The notes below the pieces were generated by a model. The model ran no database searches, had not been told where the DNA came from, and worked only from the letters and a program-made list of their open reading frames with translations. A program made the translations under genes and the position numbers. DNA of 63,805 nt, the filler included, from Craspedostauros australis (Eukaryota), in NCBI GenBank assembly GCA_030167865.1. It is 21 parts of 21 records of this genome, joined end to end, with 100 filler letters (N's around TTAATTAATTAA, not from the genome) between each part and the next. Parts side by side here need not be neighbours in the genome. Positions count along the whole stretch, not along the records: positions 34,101 to 36,468 come from JALAGF010002841.1; positions 36,569 to 38,893 come from JALAGF010002842.1; positions 38,994 to 46,863 come from JALAGF010002843.1; 18 more parts are not named here. One strand, 5' to 3'. Positions 34,101-46,963 of this stretch are shown piece after piece. How positions within the stretch are numbered: position 1 is the stretch's first letter; every line of letters starts with the position of its first letter.

Positions 34101-36310
34101 TTGTGTGACACCCTGCTGGGTGAAAGGTCTGTGGAGACAGCTTCAGGACACAGGGGTGAACATCATAGAGACCACGAAGTCTCTCGAGTTGCAGCGGGAT
34201 GGGGATGAGTTCCATATGTCCTGTTAGGTTCGAGATGGCTTGAAGGGGGCCGAACTGTATCACTTGAATATGTGCAGGATGAAGATGGGGGTAGCTAGGA
34301 TGTCGGATATTGTGGACGCGGCTGGTTCGTCACTGTCAATCGGCATCATGGAAGGGCAAGGGGCCCCAGCTCAAGTCAGCCAGTGGGCCAACCGGCCAGC
34401 GGAGTTGCCCAGCGGATGGTGGAAAGAGTGGCAGCGTTGGTGTAAAAGCCTGTGTTACCAAGGCCGATTGCTTCTGACAACCCTAGGGAGATGGCACTCG
34501 AGCGACGGAACGTGGCAGTGGTGGAAGTCAGCGATGACCGGTGAAATCTACGACACAAGCACCCGTCCGATACGAGTGTACATGCTCGTTCGACGACGGC
34601 GGACCCGCCTTGCCGCGTACCGCCAGCAAGGGACGGTGATAGCTCTCCCTACGCTAGTGCATCGGGTGTCGGTGGTTGTTACAGCCAGAGGAATCAACTG
34701 GGATGGGCGTATTGGTCTGGACCGGGAGCCGGAAGGTGTCCCAGCGCCCTATGATCCCGTGGAGGACTTGGGAGGAGATGCCACCTGGGAGCACATGCTG
34801 ATGGCGGCGCGTAACCACAAGTTACTTCTGGTGAGCGACGGATCGTACAAACGTGCACGAGGTACCTCATGTTCGATCATGTTCGACGAGGACACGGAAA
34901 AATACGTTGCGTGTAACTCCTTCGTGCCAGGGCCAGCATCGGTCCACAGCTCATACCGCAGCGAGATAGCCGGGATATGGGCGTCTTTGGAGATGTTGGC
35001 AATGGTGCCAGGTCTCGACGAGGAGTGCTCGGTGATCATCGCTCTTGACGGACTACAGGCTATGCGCCAAGTGCAGGAGGAATTCATGAGCCCGGGCAAA
35101 AAGGACTGGGACATTCTCGTGGAGATCCGACGTCTACGGCGAAGCATCCGTGCTAATCTGAAATGGGTGTGGGTGCAGGGACACCAGGACGACAAAGGAA
35201 AGCCGCTTACTCGATTGGAACAGTTGAACGTTGAGTGCGACAAGCGAGCCAAGGCGTTCTGGGAAACGACGGTTCTGCGGCGGCGAGTCAAGCGCTGGCG
35301 GTCGGTGACGAATCGATGGACTTTGGTGATCAACAAGGAGCACTACTCGCACGTGGGACAGCAGGAGGTATACAACACCTTGCAATCCACGGCCACCCTG
35401 GCCTACTGGGCTAGGAAGTTTGGCTGGAGTATGGAGGACGCCCGAGGTGTTGACTGGGAAGGCTATCAAGGTGCGCGGGCTGCTAAAGGCAATCGGGAGG
35501 TAGCGAAATTCGTGACCAAATGGTCGTCCGGGTTCGTTGGAGTTGGTCGCAAGATGAAATAGATGGGACAGCAGGAGAGTGCAAAATGTTCCTTCTGCGG
35601 TTCTGAGGAGACTACAAAGCATGTTCTGTGGTGCAGAGAGCACGAAGACACCTGGAACACCGCGACAGAAGCTCTGCTCGACAGGATGGTGTCCATCGGT
35701 ACGGCTCCGAGGCTGGCGGCTAACATGCGTGTTGGCTTGGTTCGCTGGTGACGCGGGCAGGTCACATCCAGTCCTCAAGGCAGTGTCGGTTGGTACCCGC
35801 TATTGCTGGGCTTTCTACACAAAGAATGGCGACGACAACAGGCTCAATGGATGGAACGCAACGAGTGCCGGTTTCCTGACGATCTCGCGTGGATGAAGGA
35901 GGTGGCGCGATGGATCTGGAAGGTGCCATGGAGCATTTGGGTGTCACGCAACGAGAAAGTGCACGACACTGATCAGAATCCGTCCCTGTCGGACCTTCGA
36001 AGACAGGTGCGGCGGATGACCAGTGGAGTTAGCCAGGACATGACGGATTCAGAAATGGCTCTACTTCGAGAGGGGCATCTTATGGAATACGCAACGGAGT
36101 CGCAGATGCGACAGTGGATACTCAACATGACGGAAGTTCGAGCAAAGGTGTCGGCCCGGCAACAGGCGCGCACCATGGAGAACGAGAGAAGGTTTATGAG
36201 CAGCTGGCTCGGTCTGAAATGATTGGGGTATCCGACGGCTCGCTCGAAGCTTGGTCCTACGGGGCCGGTGGAGGCGAGGGTAAAGCCTACAGAGCACATT
36301 TATAATGTAA
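34101..36310 (+). mobile_element. non-LTR retrotransposon (Ambal-like) 3' part: RNase H and zinc finger, with internal stops
   Basis: LVSDGSY, SSYRSEIAGI, WVQGHQDD, LNVECDKRAK, CSFCGSEETTKHVLWC, W..RN..VH; stops ending at 35562 and 35751. Confidence 0.85.
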
Positions 36311-36568
36311 TCCCTGAGTTATTATTATGATGCAGAAAAGCAACATCATGCAGAGTAGAATAGTAGGGTGTGCGTAGAGTATGTAGTGCACATGATGTTG
36401 TGATGGATGTAGAGGAGTATGACACAAGGTCACTCAACAAAAACGCGCAGTGCAGAACGGAAAACAAANNNNNNNNNNNNNNNNNNNNNNNNNNNNNNNN
36501 NNNNNNNNNNNNTTAATTAATTAANNNNNNNNNNNNNNNNNNNNNNNNNNNNNNNNNNNNNNNNNNNN

Positions 36569-37030
36569 TGGAGATCCTGAATTGGGGTAGGCATCATTGT
36601 TGCTGTTGCTGTTGCTGTTGCTACTATTGCTATTGCCATTCTCTGCCTTGTTGCTCCGTTCCAGCATGTACTGATACACATTGCGAAGCTTTTTGAGTTC
36701 AGCCTGACGTCCCATCAATGGGATGTTGGAGAGGTTGAGTTTGGTCTTGAGCTTGGCGCTGAGTTCCTCCTCATTGTACCCATCATCGTAGAAGTCGTTG
36801 CCTGAAGTGAACACCTGTGATGGATCCCTTGTGTGTGGTGTATTCCTAGCGGCAGTAGTAGTAGTAGCAGTAGTAATAGTACTGGTGCCAGCGCCAATAC
36901 CAGCGCCAATACCAGCGCCAATACCAGTATCAGTGCCAGTGCCAGACCTTGTCTCTGCGAGGACTCGTCCATCTGCGACCGCAGTCNTGGCNTTGTCCAT
37001 GCTCATTGCAGTTGTCATCGTTTTGCTCAT
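36569..37030 (-). CDS. N-terminus of an AAA_16-family protein, copy 1 (3'-partial)
   Basis: KLNLSNIPLMGRQAELKKLRNVY resembles SLDFSRIGLIGRDKEKRVLSRLF, which precedes Walker A in the 31827-33439 gene. Confidence 0.6.
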
Positions 37031-38993
37031 TGGTATTATATAATGGGCTTGCCTCGGATGTCAGCGATTGTGTATTGACTGATGGATGCTGTCGCGTTCT
37101 TGTTGCTGCTACTCTTTTTGTGTTGATTGGGTCAGCCTTGGTTGCGGCTTGCGTTTGGAAGTGGTGGTCTGCTTTGGTCTGCTTTGATCTGCTCTGTTCT
37201 GCCTGCGCGATTGTTGGTATTGGTATTTGAGGCGGGTGTTGGTGACCACTTTGTGGCGCTGGCGCAACCAACTCTGTCTGGCGCGGTTCCTCCTCGCGCT
37301 CCCGTGAGTACTTGTTGGCCACGGCCAAACACACTCCTGCAAGTACTACTACTCGTACTACTACTCGTAACCGGACAACTATCTGCACCATGTTCGTGCC
37401 GCACCACGCTTATGGGGACATACGATGAATCACGCACAAGGGAAGTGCAAGGGCAGAGGGGCCACTCATGCGAGGCATGGCGGATGCCAAAACGGCTCTC
37501 CCAAAGGAAGGAACAGTGTCACCCAACATTTCTCGCTGGGCACTTTCGAGACGTTTGCGTTCTCCCTGTGTTGGACCCTGGCATCCGTCCATGCATCCAC
37601 TCTTGATCGGACGTGGTTTGCTTCGGTGCTCCCAAAGAGAGGGAGAGCGAGCGAGGGTCGTGGTTCGTAGTCCGTTTCCGCCTGGTCGTGGTCCATCTCT
37701 GTGCAATCTGTCATGGTTCTGTGCCCAACCAGTGAATCTTGCGCCATACCGAAATGTTGGTGGCGTCCTGTCGTTGCGACCCCAGCCTGGAATAGCAAGA
37801 AAGACAGGGAATAGAAATATTCGCCCATTATGGTCTGCCAATCCCCGATGTCCACCTACTCGACTCGCGAACATCACAGCGGTCGCAACAAAAGGCGGAA
37901 TTGCGACGATGGTTTCCTAGTGCAGCACGTACTCATGAACCCAAACCCCGACAGCACCTATCTCCAGACCGACAGCTACGACTATGTGTAGAACGATTTG
38001 GAATACGACCAAAGAACTCCTTGGAGCAATTCGCGAAGTGAAGGCACCCCTTTCTCACCTTCAAGCGCATCTTTGTACTGCGTCCACATGGGTTCTACTT
38101 GCGCAGTACTACTCCCCATACTATGTCGTGTGTGACCACAAGGGGCTACAAGCGCGCAAGCCCTTCCAGAGTTCTGGGGAGTGAAGTGTCCATGTCCTTG
38201 CGACTGTGCCAAACAGGGATACGTGTGAAACGGTTAAAACGGGGTTAACGTGCGAACACGGGCATCGCCCAACAACAGGAGAACAGTGTACTCTCTGACA
38301 ATCCTACACGACCCTATAATCCTTATAATCTGAATCCTTTGGGTTTCCAACCCTCAATGACAATGCATGTGTGTGTTAACTTGGTTTATCATTACGCATC
38401 CGCTCACGCGGGCCATGCGCAAGCACGCGGGGACCGCCTGAAGAGGCGATGATAATACTGGGACCCCGCTCCGAGGGTGGACCGCCGTGAGCCGGCACAG
38501 CTTGGAATCGTGTTGCATCCCCTTTGACAATGATGTTCTGGTGCATTTGGCCGGTGCCAGAGGGATGTACTCCCACCGTTCGCTTTGGCGTGGTGCGGAT
38601 GGCAAGACAGGTGGACGCACCAACCGCAGGCCACGCGGAACCCCTACTGAGACACGCGCTCCTAATGAGTGAAAGATTGTGTGCCTTGTTGCCACATCCG
38701 TGCTTCTCAACGTGGGTCGAAAACATCGACACACACACTCCGAAGACTCACACGACGAAACACGCTCTGTCCCAGCGACGATTTCTGTCACAATCCAACA
38801 ACTTGCCGCTTTTCCTCTCCTTTTTGCATTCAACAACCATACGACAGCCAACATGTTGACCAACAGCGATGAGATCCGCAACTACCTTACCAANNNNNNN
38901 NNNNNNNNNNNNNNNNNNNNNNNNNNNNNNNNNNNNNTTAATTAATTAANNNNNNNNNNNNNNNNNNNNNNNNNNNNNNNNNNNNNNNNNNNN

Positions 38994-39455
38994 TGGAGAT
39001 CCTGAATTGGGGTAGGCATCATTGTTGCTGTTGCTGTTGCTGTTGCTACTATTGCTATTGCCATTCTCTGCCTTGTTGCTCCGTTCCAGCATGTACTGAT
39101 ACACATTGCGAAGCTTTTTGAGTTCAGCCTGACGTCCCATCAATGGGATGTTGGAGAGGTTGAGTTTGGTCTTGAGCTTGGCGCTGAGTTCCTCCTCATT
39201 GTACCCATCATCGTAGAAGTCGTTGCCTGAAGTGAACACCTGTGATGGATCCCTTGTGTGTGGTGTATTCCTAGCGGCAGTAGTAGTAGTAGCAGTAGTA
39301 ATAGTACTGGTGCCAGCGCCAATACCAGCGCCAATACCAGCGCCAATACCAGTATCAGTGCCAGTGCCAGACCTTGTCTCTGCGAGGACTCGTCCATCTG
39401 CGACCGCAGTCTTGGCGTTGTCCATGCTCATTGCAGTTGTCATCGTTTTGCTCAT
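38994..39455 (-). CDS. N-terminus of an AAA_16-family protein, copy 2 (identical to copy 1 at all called bases)
   Basis: Same translation as 36569-37030. Confidence 0.6.
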
Positions 39456-41219
39456 TGGTATTATATAATGGGCTTGCCTCGGATGTCAGCGATTGTGTAT
39501 TGACTGATGGATGTTGTTGTTCTTGTTGGTGCTGCTCTTTTTGTGTTGGTTGGGTCGGCCTTGGTTGTGGCTTGCGTTTGGAAGTGGTGGCGTGCCGACA
39601 CGAGCGTTGGTATCTGAAGCGAGTGTTGGTGACCACTTGGCGTCACCAACACTACCAACTCTACCTGGAGCGGTTCCAGCCATTTCGCCGCGCTTCATCC
39701 GCTCCCGGTCACCCTGATCCGCGTGAAGACAACTGTGGGAGAGATGAGGTGGTACGAATAGACGGGCCACTCCCGTGAGAACTCGTACTTGTAACCGGAC
39801 GACTATCTGCGCCATGTTCGTGCCACGCCACACTTATGGGGATATACGATGAATCACGCGCAAGGAAGTGGGAGGCGGAGGGTCGCTGACGCGCCTCCCA
39901 GCGCATGCCAAAACGGCTCCCCTAAAGGAAGGAACAGTGTCACCCAACATCTCTCCTGGTTACTGTCAAGGATGTTTGCGTTCCCCTGTGTTGGGCCTGG
40001 CATCTGTTCATGCGTTCACTCCTGACTGGGTGTGGATTGCTTTGGCGCCCACAAAGAGAGAGAGAGAGATGGTCGTGGTTCGTTTTCGTCCCTGGTCGTG
40101 ATCCATCTCTGTGCAATCTGTCATTGTCCTGGCACCCAACCAACGAATCTTGTGCCATACCGACATGTCGGCGGTGTCCGTCGTCTTTGTGCCCGTCATT
40201 GTGACCCTTGACTGTGTTTTGGAAGAAAGGCAGGGAATAGCAATATTCGCTCATCACAGTATGCCAAATACCGATGTTCACTAACCCCGCCAGTACCTAT
40301 CTCCAGACTGACAGTCATGTGTAGAACGATTTGGAATACGACCAAAGAACTCTTGAAGAAAGCTGCGAAGTGAAGGCACTCCTTTTTTGCCTTCAAGCGC
40401 TCCTCTGTACTGCGTTCACATGGTTCTACTTGTGCAGTAATGCTCCCCATGACTATGCCGTGTTTACTCACCAGGCTACAACTGCACAAGCCATTGTAGG
40501 GTTCTTGTGAGTGAAGCGCTCATGTCCTTGCAACTGTGCAAACGGCAACGAAACACGCTCGCTGGTTCTTGCTTGATGGGCAGCTGCGAGTTCGCCTCCG
40601 TTTTTCCTGACGGCACCTCTCGTTGCCGCCGCTCGTTTCCTCTTTTCTCAGAGAGTGGACAACAGAGAGAGAACTCAATCCACACCAGGCTGATGTTCTT
40701 TGGAATGGTGCCATGTTTCGTCTCGTCCGGAAACTTCATTTCTCTGGCGGTGTCTTTTCTTGTCCAGTGGGTGGACTGCTGCGTCCAGAGGTCCCACACA
40801 CCTGTTCCTGGACGAATTGGTCCACGGCACAGCGGATCGCTGGCGGCATTCGAGGATCGCAGCAAGGGTCGCCGTCCCGTTTTCTGTCCAAGTGTCACGT
40901 GTACTCTTGCTCGTGCAAATGGCCAGGCTGCGTGCCTCTGATCCATCTTGCTTGTTCCACAGGAGTGACAGTGAGGAACATTCCATCACAACCGATGAAC
41001 GAGATCTTGGACGTTCTGTTGCGTGAAGGTCGTTTGTCGGCACTGACAGGAAAGTGCAGGGCTCTTTTGGTGTTTCGGTGCTTGTGCAGACGAAGTATTG
41101 AACAAATACTCTCACACGCGTGTTCGAGAAGGACAATAACATGTTCGAGTTCGCTTGAAGTTTCGACGGAATATTGACGGACTATTGCGAACACAAGCAC
41201 ACAACACGGACAATTTTCA

Positions 41220-44200
41220 TGTGATAGACGTTAAGACAAGTTACGACACACGTGAAACTGATTTAGAGTGAAAAAGAGTAAAGATGCAGATTATGAGTCT
41301 TATCGATGTCGTATGTGTCAGTGCAGTTGTCTCATTACCGTGTTGTCCATGATTGGTAGTGGCGACTATCGTGTAACGCCGTTTCAACGGTTTCATACAT
41401 ATCCCGGTTTGGTCCCCTCGATGCGCGGTGGCTGTGCTAGCCGTCGTATCGTCACATTTTGGTTGCATTCGGGATGTACCTGCTGCATGCCCCACATATG
41501 GACACCGCAGGGCGCTCATCCCACCAACCATGAGCAGATCCCATGATTGACCACCCGTGGGTACTATTGCGCAGCGCCGAGGTCAGAAGAGGACCCGTTG
41601 TGCTTGTTCTTTTCGTCTCGGTCCTTGTTGTTGTTTTGTGAGCATATCGGATAGATTGGCCTCTGATGGTTCATGTTGGACCACCAAGATGCCCGCAGCA
41701 ATGCTTTCTCTGACGAAGTGATATGCGATAGCATTGGACTTCTTCCGCAGTTGTGATTCTGGTAGTGAGGAGTTGTACACCACACTTTGATTATTAACAC
41801 GTACGTCCGCTGGGCCCTCCAGTGGAATGCCCATCATGCGAAGCTTGTATCTCATGCTGATGATGATCTCAGTTGCAACCTTGAGCGCTGTGAACTCGCT
41901 GCTGAATGTGGATGTCTCAATGCTGTTCTGTTTCTTGCTGTACCACAGTATCGGTGATGTATTCAAAAACAAAAGCACACCAGTGCGAGAACGTTGTGTG
42001 ACGCGGTCACCTGCATGGTCAGCGTCAACAAAGCACGTCATTTGAACTTCTTTTCCGCGCGGTGGTGTCATGTCAGCAGGTAGTTGTTCATGGGCATCAG
42101 GGTAGAAATCGTTCCAGTTGGGTTGCATCACAGGCGGTTTGTCAATGTATGCATCATCAAAAATAAGGCGAGAACGATCGTGAGATTTGAGGTATGCGAA
42201 CATGTGAAAGAGAGCATGCAAGTGACCAATTCGTGGCGCAACACAGTATGATGCCATCATCGAGGTCTCGCAACATATGTCGATCCGTCCAAGTTCAACA
42301 GTCCAGCGCAGTATACCAATCAGCTGCTGGTAGAAAGTTGTTTGCTCGGAGTCACACAATTGCGATCCATCCAATTCTGGTCGGTATTTGTTCGGTAGGA
42401 CGCTGGATGCTTTCGTTTTGAGCCGTAGATTGTTGTCGGTGAGGTACTTCGTGACGATCTTGAGAGCGGATTTGATGTATTCTTGTGAGCCCATGCTCCA
42501 TTTGGGATGTGATGGATCGGCAGTGAGATGGAATTGTGAGATGGTAGATCCAAGATATGTTGTTGGAGGGCCAATGGAACTCGGTTTGAGGAAAAAGTGT
42601 GAGTCAATCGCATCAAGGATGCGTCATGGTTGTTTGGATACGGCAAGGATGTCGTCGGTGTACACGAGCACATATTCGTAATATTCTGACCCATCGCTCG
42701 CAACAGCAGGCTTCATCCAGACGTCGCTGTCAGCACGGCAGGATGTGAATCCCAACAAATCGCGCAGTGTCTCCGCCAGATGTGCTCTCCATGCTGCTCC
42801 GCTTGATTTCAATCCGTACAGGGCCCGACAAATGATGGCGATCTTCCCCTGGTCGGATCCGAACTCCGGACCACATCGTGTGTATATGCGTTCCCGACAT
42901 GGAGCGTTGAGGTATGCATTCTGAACATCCGCAGCAAGGATGTCCAAGTCATTGAGTGCAGCAATCAATAATGCGATGCATACACTTTTGCGTGATACCA
43001 CACTTGCATATGTGATTGTTGCAGGTGCCTCCGTCATGTGTCCCCCAGCGACAAGTTGCGCCTTTCTTGTGAGGTCCACCTTGACGGCAAATATCATGTG
43101 GCATTCCATGTATTGGTAGCCCACAGGATCGGGAGTATCCGATTCTTTGATATCGAACGCTGGTTGCACAGCCTTCATCTCCTTTGCAATAGCTTGTCGC
43201 CACAGATCCGTGCCTGTAGCCGCGTCAATTGCGAGGGCGTGACGCACTGAGGTAGGGAGCTCCACGCCAAACATTTCGTTCTTTCGGACGTGTCGCCGTT
43301 TCGTTGCCATGATGATGCGTTGTCGTTGACGTAGAGTGTGTGGTACCCACCACTTGAATGCAAGTTCGTTGACAAGTTTGTTGTCTTCTGCGTATTCGGC
43401 AACGCGTACTGGGTCGGCTTCTTTTGCGTCACGTAGGTGGATCCAAGATGTGGACCTGTCTTTCCATCGGATGCAGAGCTTCCAGCCTTTTGTGGATTTG
43501 GAGTGAGGAGGTGGAGAAGAAACAGAGGGCAAGCGTTTGTGATCAATGATCTCATCCATCAACACAGTCGTGTATCCGTCGTCATCAATGCGCGCGTAAA
43601 TGTTCTCCGCGATTTGGTTGGCACTGAACACCTCATGGTGTCCATCAAGAAATTCGACTTCGTATTGCGCAGTATCGAGCATCGGATTCGGATGGGATCT
43701 GCCAATGAGATTGCCTTCTGTGTCTCGTTTGCGTTGTTTGACTGTTCCATGTTGCATTTCGTCCCCTGTCGGTAGAATGACTTTAGTTGCAATGTATTTG
43801 TCGAAAGTTGCACTGTCAACATCATCTGGCTCCACGATTTGTTCCAATGGTTCGGTGTTCTACAGGATCGCGATGTCTTCGGCAGTATCGTCAACATCGT
43901 CGCCGTCATCGTCGATTGTGATTCCCTCCATTCGTTGTTTCCATTTGGATCGTAGTGTGTCCATGAATTCGTTACATTTATGTGCGATGACGTTGCTGTG
44001 TGTGTCGTCGTGAGAGAGAGGCAAAACAGAGGATTTGGAGACAACAACGCCGTTGGCAGTGAGGATGTACGAGCACATGGCATCACCAACAGAGCGGCTT
44101 GGTCCAAGGTACCGACCAAGTTGTTTGACGTTCATGGATGCGTCTTGGATGTTGATATACCACACAAAGTCAAACCAGCCAAATTCAGCAATGTGGGAGA

Positions 44201-46300
44201 TGTCCGCTGTGTCACCGGACAAGATGGTGGCCGGTGTCTCGCCGTGAAGATCATGGATGGCGAGTGCAGTGTGACTGCGTATCTTGGCACAGTATTCAAA
44301 GCAGTAGTCCCATAGGTACTCCGGTGTATCGGTCGAGGTCATCAACCGCCAATAATGTCGTCGCAGTTCGCGGATGGTTGCTTCTGCTTTGTTCTGATTG
44401 TGGATGTATGCCTCGATTGGTCAGATGGAGACTTGTGCTCTGTGTAGTTAGCGACGGAATTCGCCAGCCACGAGTTCTTTGGCGTTGTCTGGGATAATGG
44501 TATGTGGGATGCCGTGGTCGCGAAACAGTTCGTCAAGTGTACGATGTGCTTCCTTGCGTTCCGCCATTGGGTACACCCGGACCCAGTGAAACGGTGTACA
44601 GTAGATCATGGCACATTTGTTGCCACAAATCAACTTGGTCTTTGCGTGCATGGTGTCGGCGTAGAGTTGAGTGTCGAGTCGACGATATCGTAGTTGCATG
44701 GCGTATGGATTGAGACGACATGTTCCTGAAGCATGACGAAAGTCACGAATGGCCAGTTGTGTGGTTGCGTCAAGCGTGCGTGATGCAGCTTCCGTTCCGA
44801 TGCGCCAGCGTTGTGCGAGGACATCAGGTGTGATAGTCCCCTTTCGATTGGACGTATGCGTGCCATGGATGTGGGTGGATGATATGGTTCGTTGTGATGA
44901 GAGAGACGCTCGGATGGCATCTTCGTCGTCCCCTGACGACCATTGGAATGGGTCCCATGTGGCCTCTTGTGTCATCATGACATAGATGCAGTCACGATCG
45001 GATTGGACTTCTTGTTGTGTTGGCCTTCTCATGTGGAAGTAGGATACAGTGCCTTGCAATCGTAGAGGAACATGTAGGTCGTCGTCGGTTGATACCACAG
45101 AGTGGTCTTCCGGCTTCCGTTCGTGCTCCCTGATCATGAGCAGAGGAACATCATTCACGACTATACCCGCAGCCCTCATTTGATTTGGGCACAACAAAGG
45201 ATGTTCAAGACAAGGAAAGTAGATCGATTGTGGAAAGAAAAGAATGAATGTTTGATATGTAATTGGATCATCGTATGCTATCGCGGCTGTAACGATTGGT
45301 GCATTATCGATGGACCCAAGTGAGTCAATAAAAGGGGTTGCAGTGACGGTTTGATTGGTCTGATGTACAATGTACGCAGTGTCACCAAAGCAGCATGTAT
45401 CCGCATGCGAGTCAAGCTCTGCCCGTGGGGTATCAGACGACAGAGACATGCTGACGGATGTGAGCCGTCGAATACGACCTTGTGGTCAGGAACGTCCTTG
45501 TTGGTTGCGACGGGTAGCCATGCTGCCAATACCGGCTTGGTTGCTAGTACCGGTTTGACCGTCGCCTTGGTTCGTAGCATTGCGTGGTCCATAGTGACCG
45601 TCTGTCTCATCGTGGGAGCGTTTCGATGGCGTGTTTCTGCCCACCGACATAACCCCACAGCGCTTGTCTCGTTCGGCACGCATCTCAAGTGCCTTGGTCT
45701 TCTGTGCGGATGACATGACCGACCATTCGTCAGGTGAGTAGTGGCGATCGGTGATGACCATGTTAGGGTCATATTTCTTGGGTTTGCCTTGGCCTCCGCG
45801 ACCACCCTTGCTTGGTGTTCCATTGCGGTTGCCACGACCGCCCTTGCCACGGTCCATCGAGCCAATGGAGCGTCTGGGTGATGCGATTTGTTTGTGGTCA
45901 ATGACTTCGCTCAGGATGTTGATAGCCCCAGGTAGGTCTTCGCGAAGGGCTTTGTTGATCTTGATAGCAACACATGCGCTGTCGAGACGCGAATCGCGGA
46001 TACCATCGAGGAAGTGGCGCACTTTCGCCGCATCAACGAGTGGCTCACCACATTGTGCCATGTCTTCAAATGCACCTTTCATAATTTGTGCGTATCGCTC
46101 GAAAGAGAACTGGCGCGATTTGCCGTCATAGAAGCTGGTTGCGATTGTCTTGGATGCTGCTGCCTTGGTACGAGCCTGAAACGAGTCGCTGTGATAGTGT
46201 TCCTTGAGGGCAATGAATGCTGCACAGCCGTTGCGTGCACGTTCGTAGCCTTGCACCCAAGCCCACGCGGGTCCGCCGTGAGTCACATGACGAACGACCT
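41220..46300 (-). mobile_element. near-complete decayed Ty1/copia CoDi-type element: gag, PR, IN, chromodomain-like region, RT, RNase H, probable short 3' LTR
   Basis: gag GPAWAWV..ALKEHY; PR AELDSHADT; IN YADTM / IIPDNAKEL / QNKAEATIREL; RT VYTDD; RH CFVDADHAGD; PPT-like GAGGGGAC near 41420. Several stops and frameshifts; 5' end cut by an LTR at 46301. Confidence 0.93.
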
Positions 46301-46863
46301 TGTTGGAAATCCGGGGTACCCCAGTCTCTAGTAGTAGTATCTGGTTACCTATTCATGTTATTGCATTGTTGGAACTGTGAGTACAACATCTTCATCACTT
46401 TCAATTCCATTTGTCAGGAATCGGAGGTACGACTTTGTCAAGATATCCATGATTGCCGCACCTCCCAATAATATCTTCACGACTCAATAGATTCAACATT
46501 GTTGATCACACTCGGACAACCTTGTAAGCCTGTCCCACCTCACGCAACCAATCGTGTCTTGCATCACAGGGTCTGTCCACGGTCCGTCATGGAAGTGAGG
46601 GCGAACCTATGATTTTACCACTAGGGATGCATCCGCGCATGGGCCAACAACTATGGACAACGCGAACAATAAATCCCAACCAAGTCGACGCGCCTCTACG
46701 GACAGAGACACACCGGAGTCACCTGAAAGGGAGAAACGGTGAGAAGGAGAAACAGAGGCGATCCCCCAGTCACCCAAGAGCACGAAAGAGAAACGACAGG
46801 TGACATGATGGTCGTGTGAGAGGAATTCTGAGGAATCGAGGACGATGTGGGATCGATCGATAC
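46301..46863. repeat. two nested LTR pieces: minus-strand LTR end (46301-46411) and plus-strand LTR start, family Q (46412-46863)
   Basis: TGTTGGAAATCCGGGG at 46301 and TGTCAGGAATCGG at 46412; 46575-46860 homologous to 27643-27708 plus 28506-28740. Confidence 0.7.
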
Positions 46864-46963
46864 NNNNNNNNNNNNNNNNNNNNNNNNNNNNNNNNNNNNN
46901 NNNNNNNTTAATTAATTAANNNNNNNNNNNNNNNNNNNNNNNNNNNNNNNNNNNNNNNNNNNN

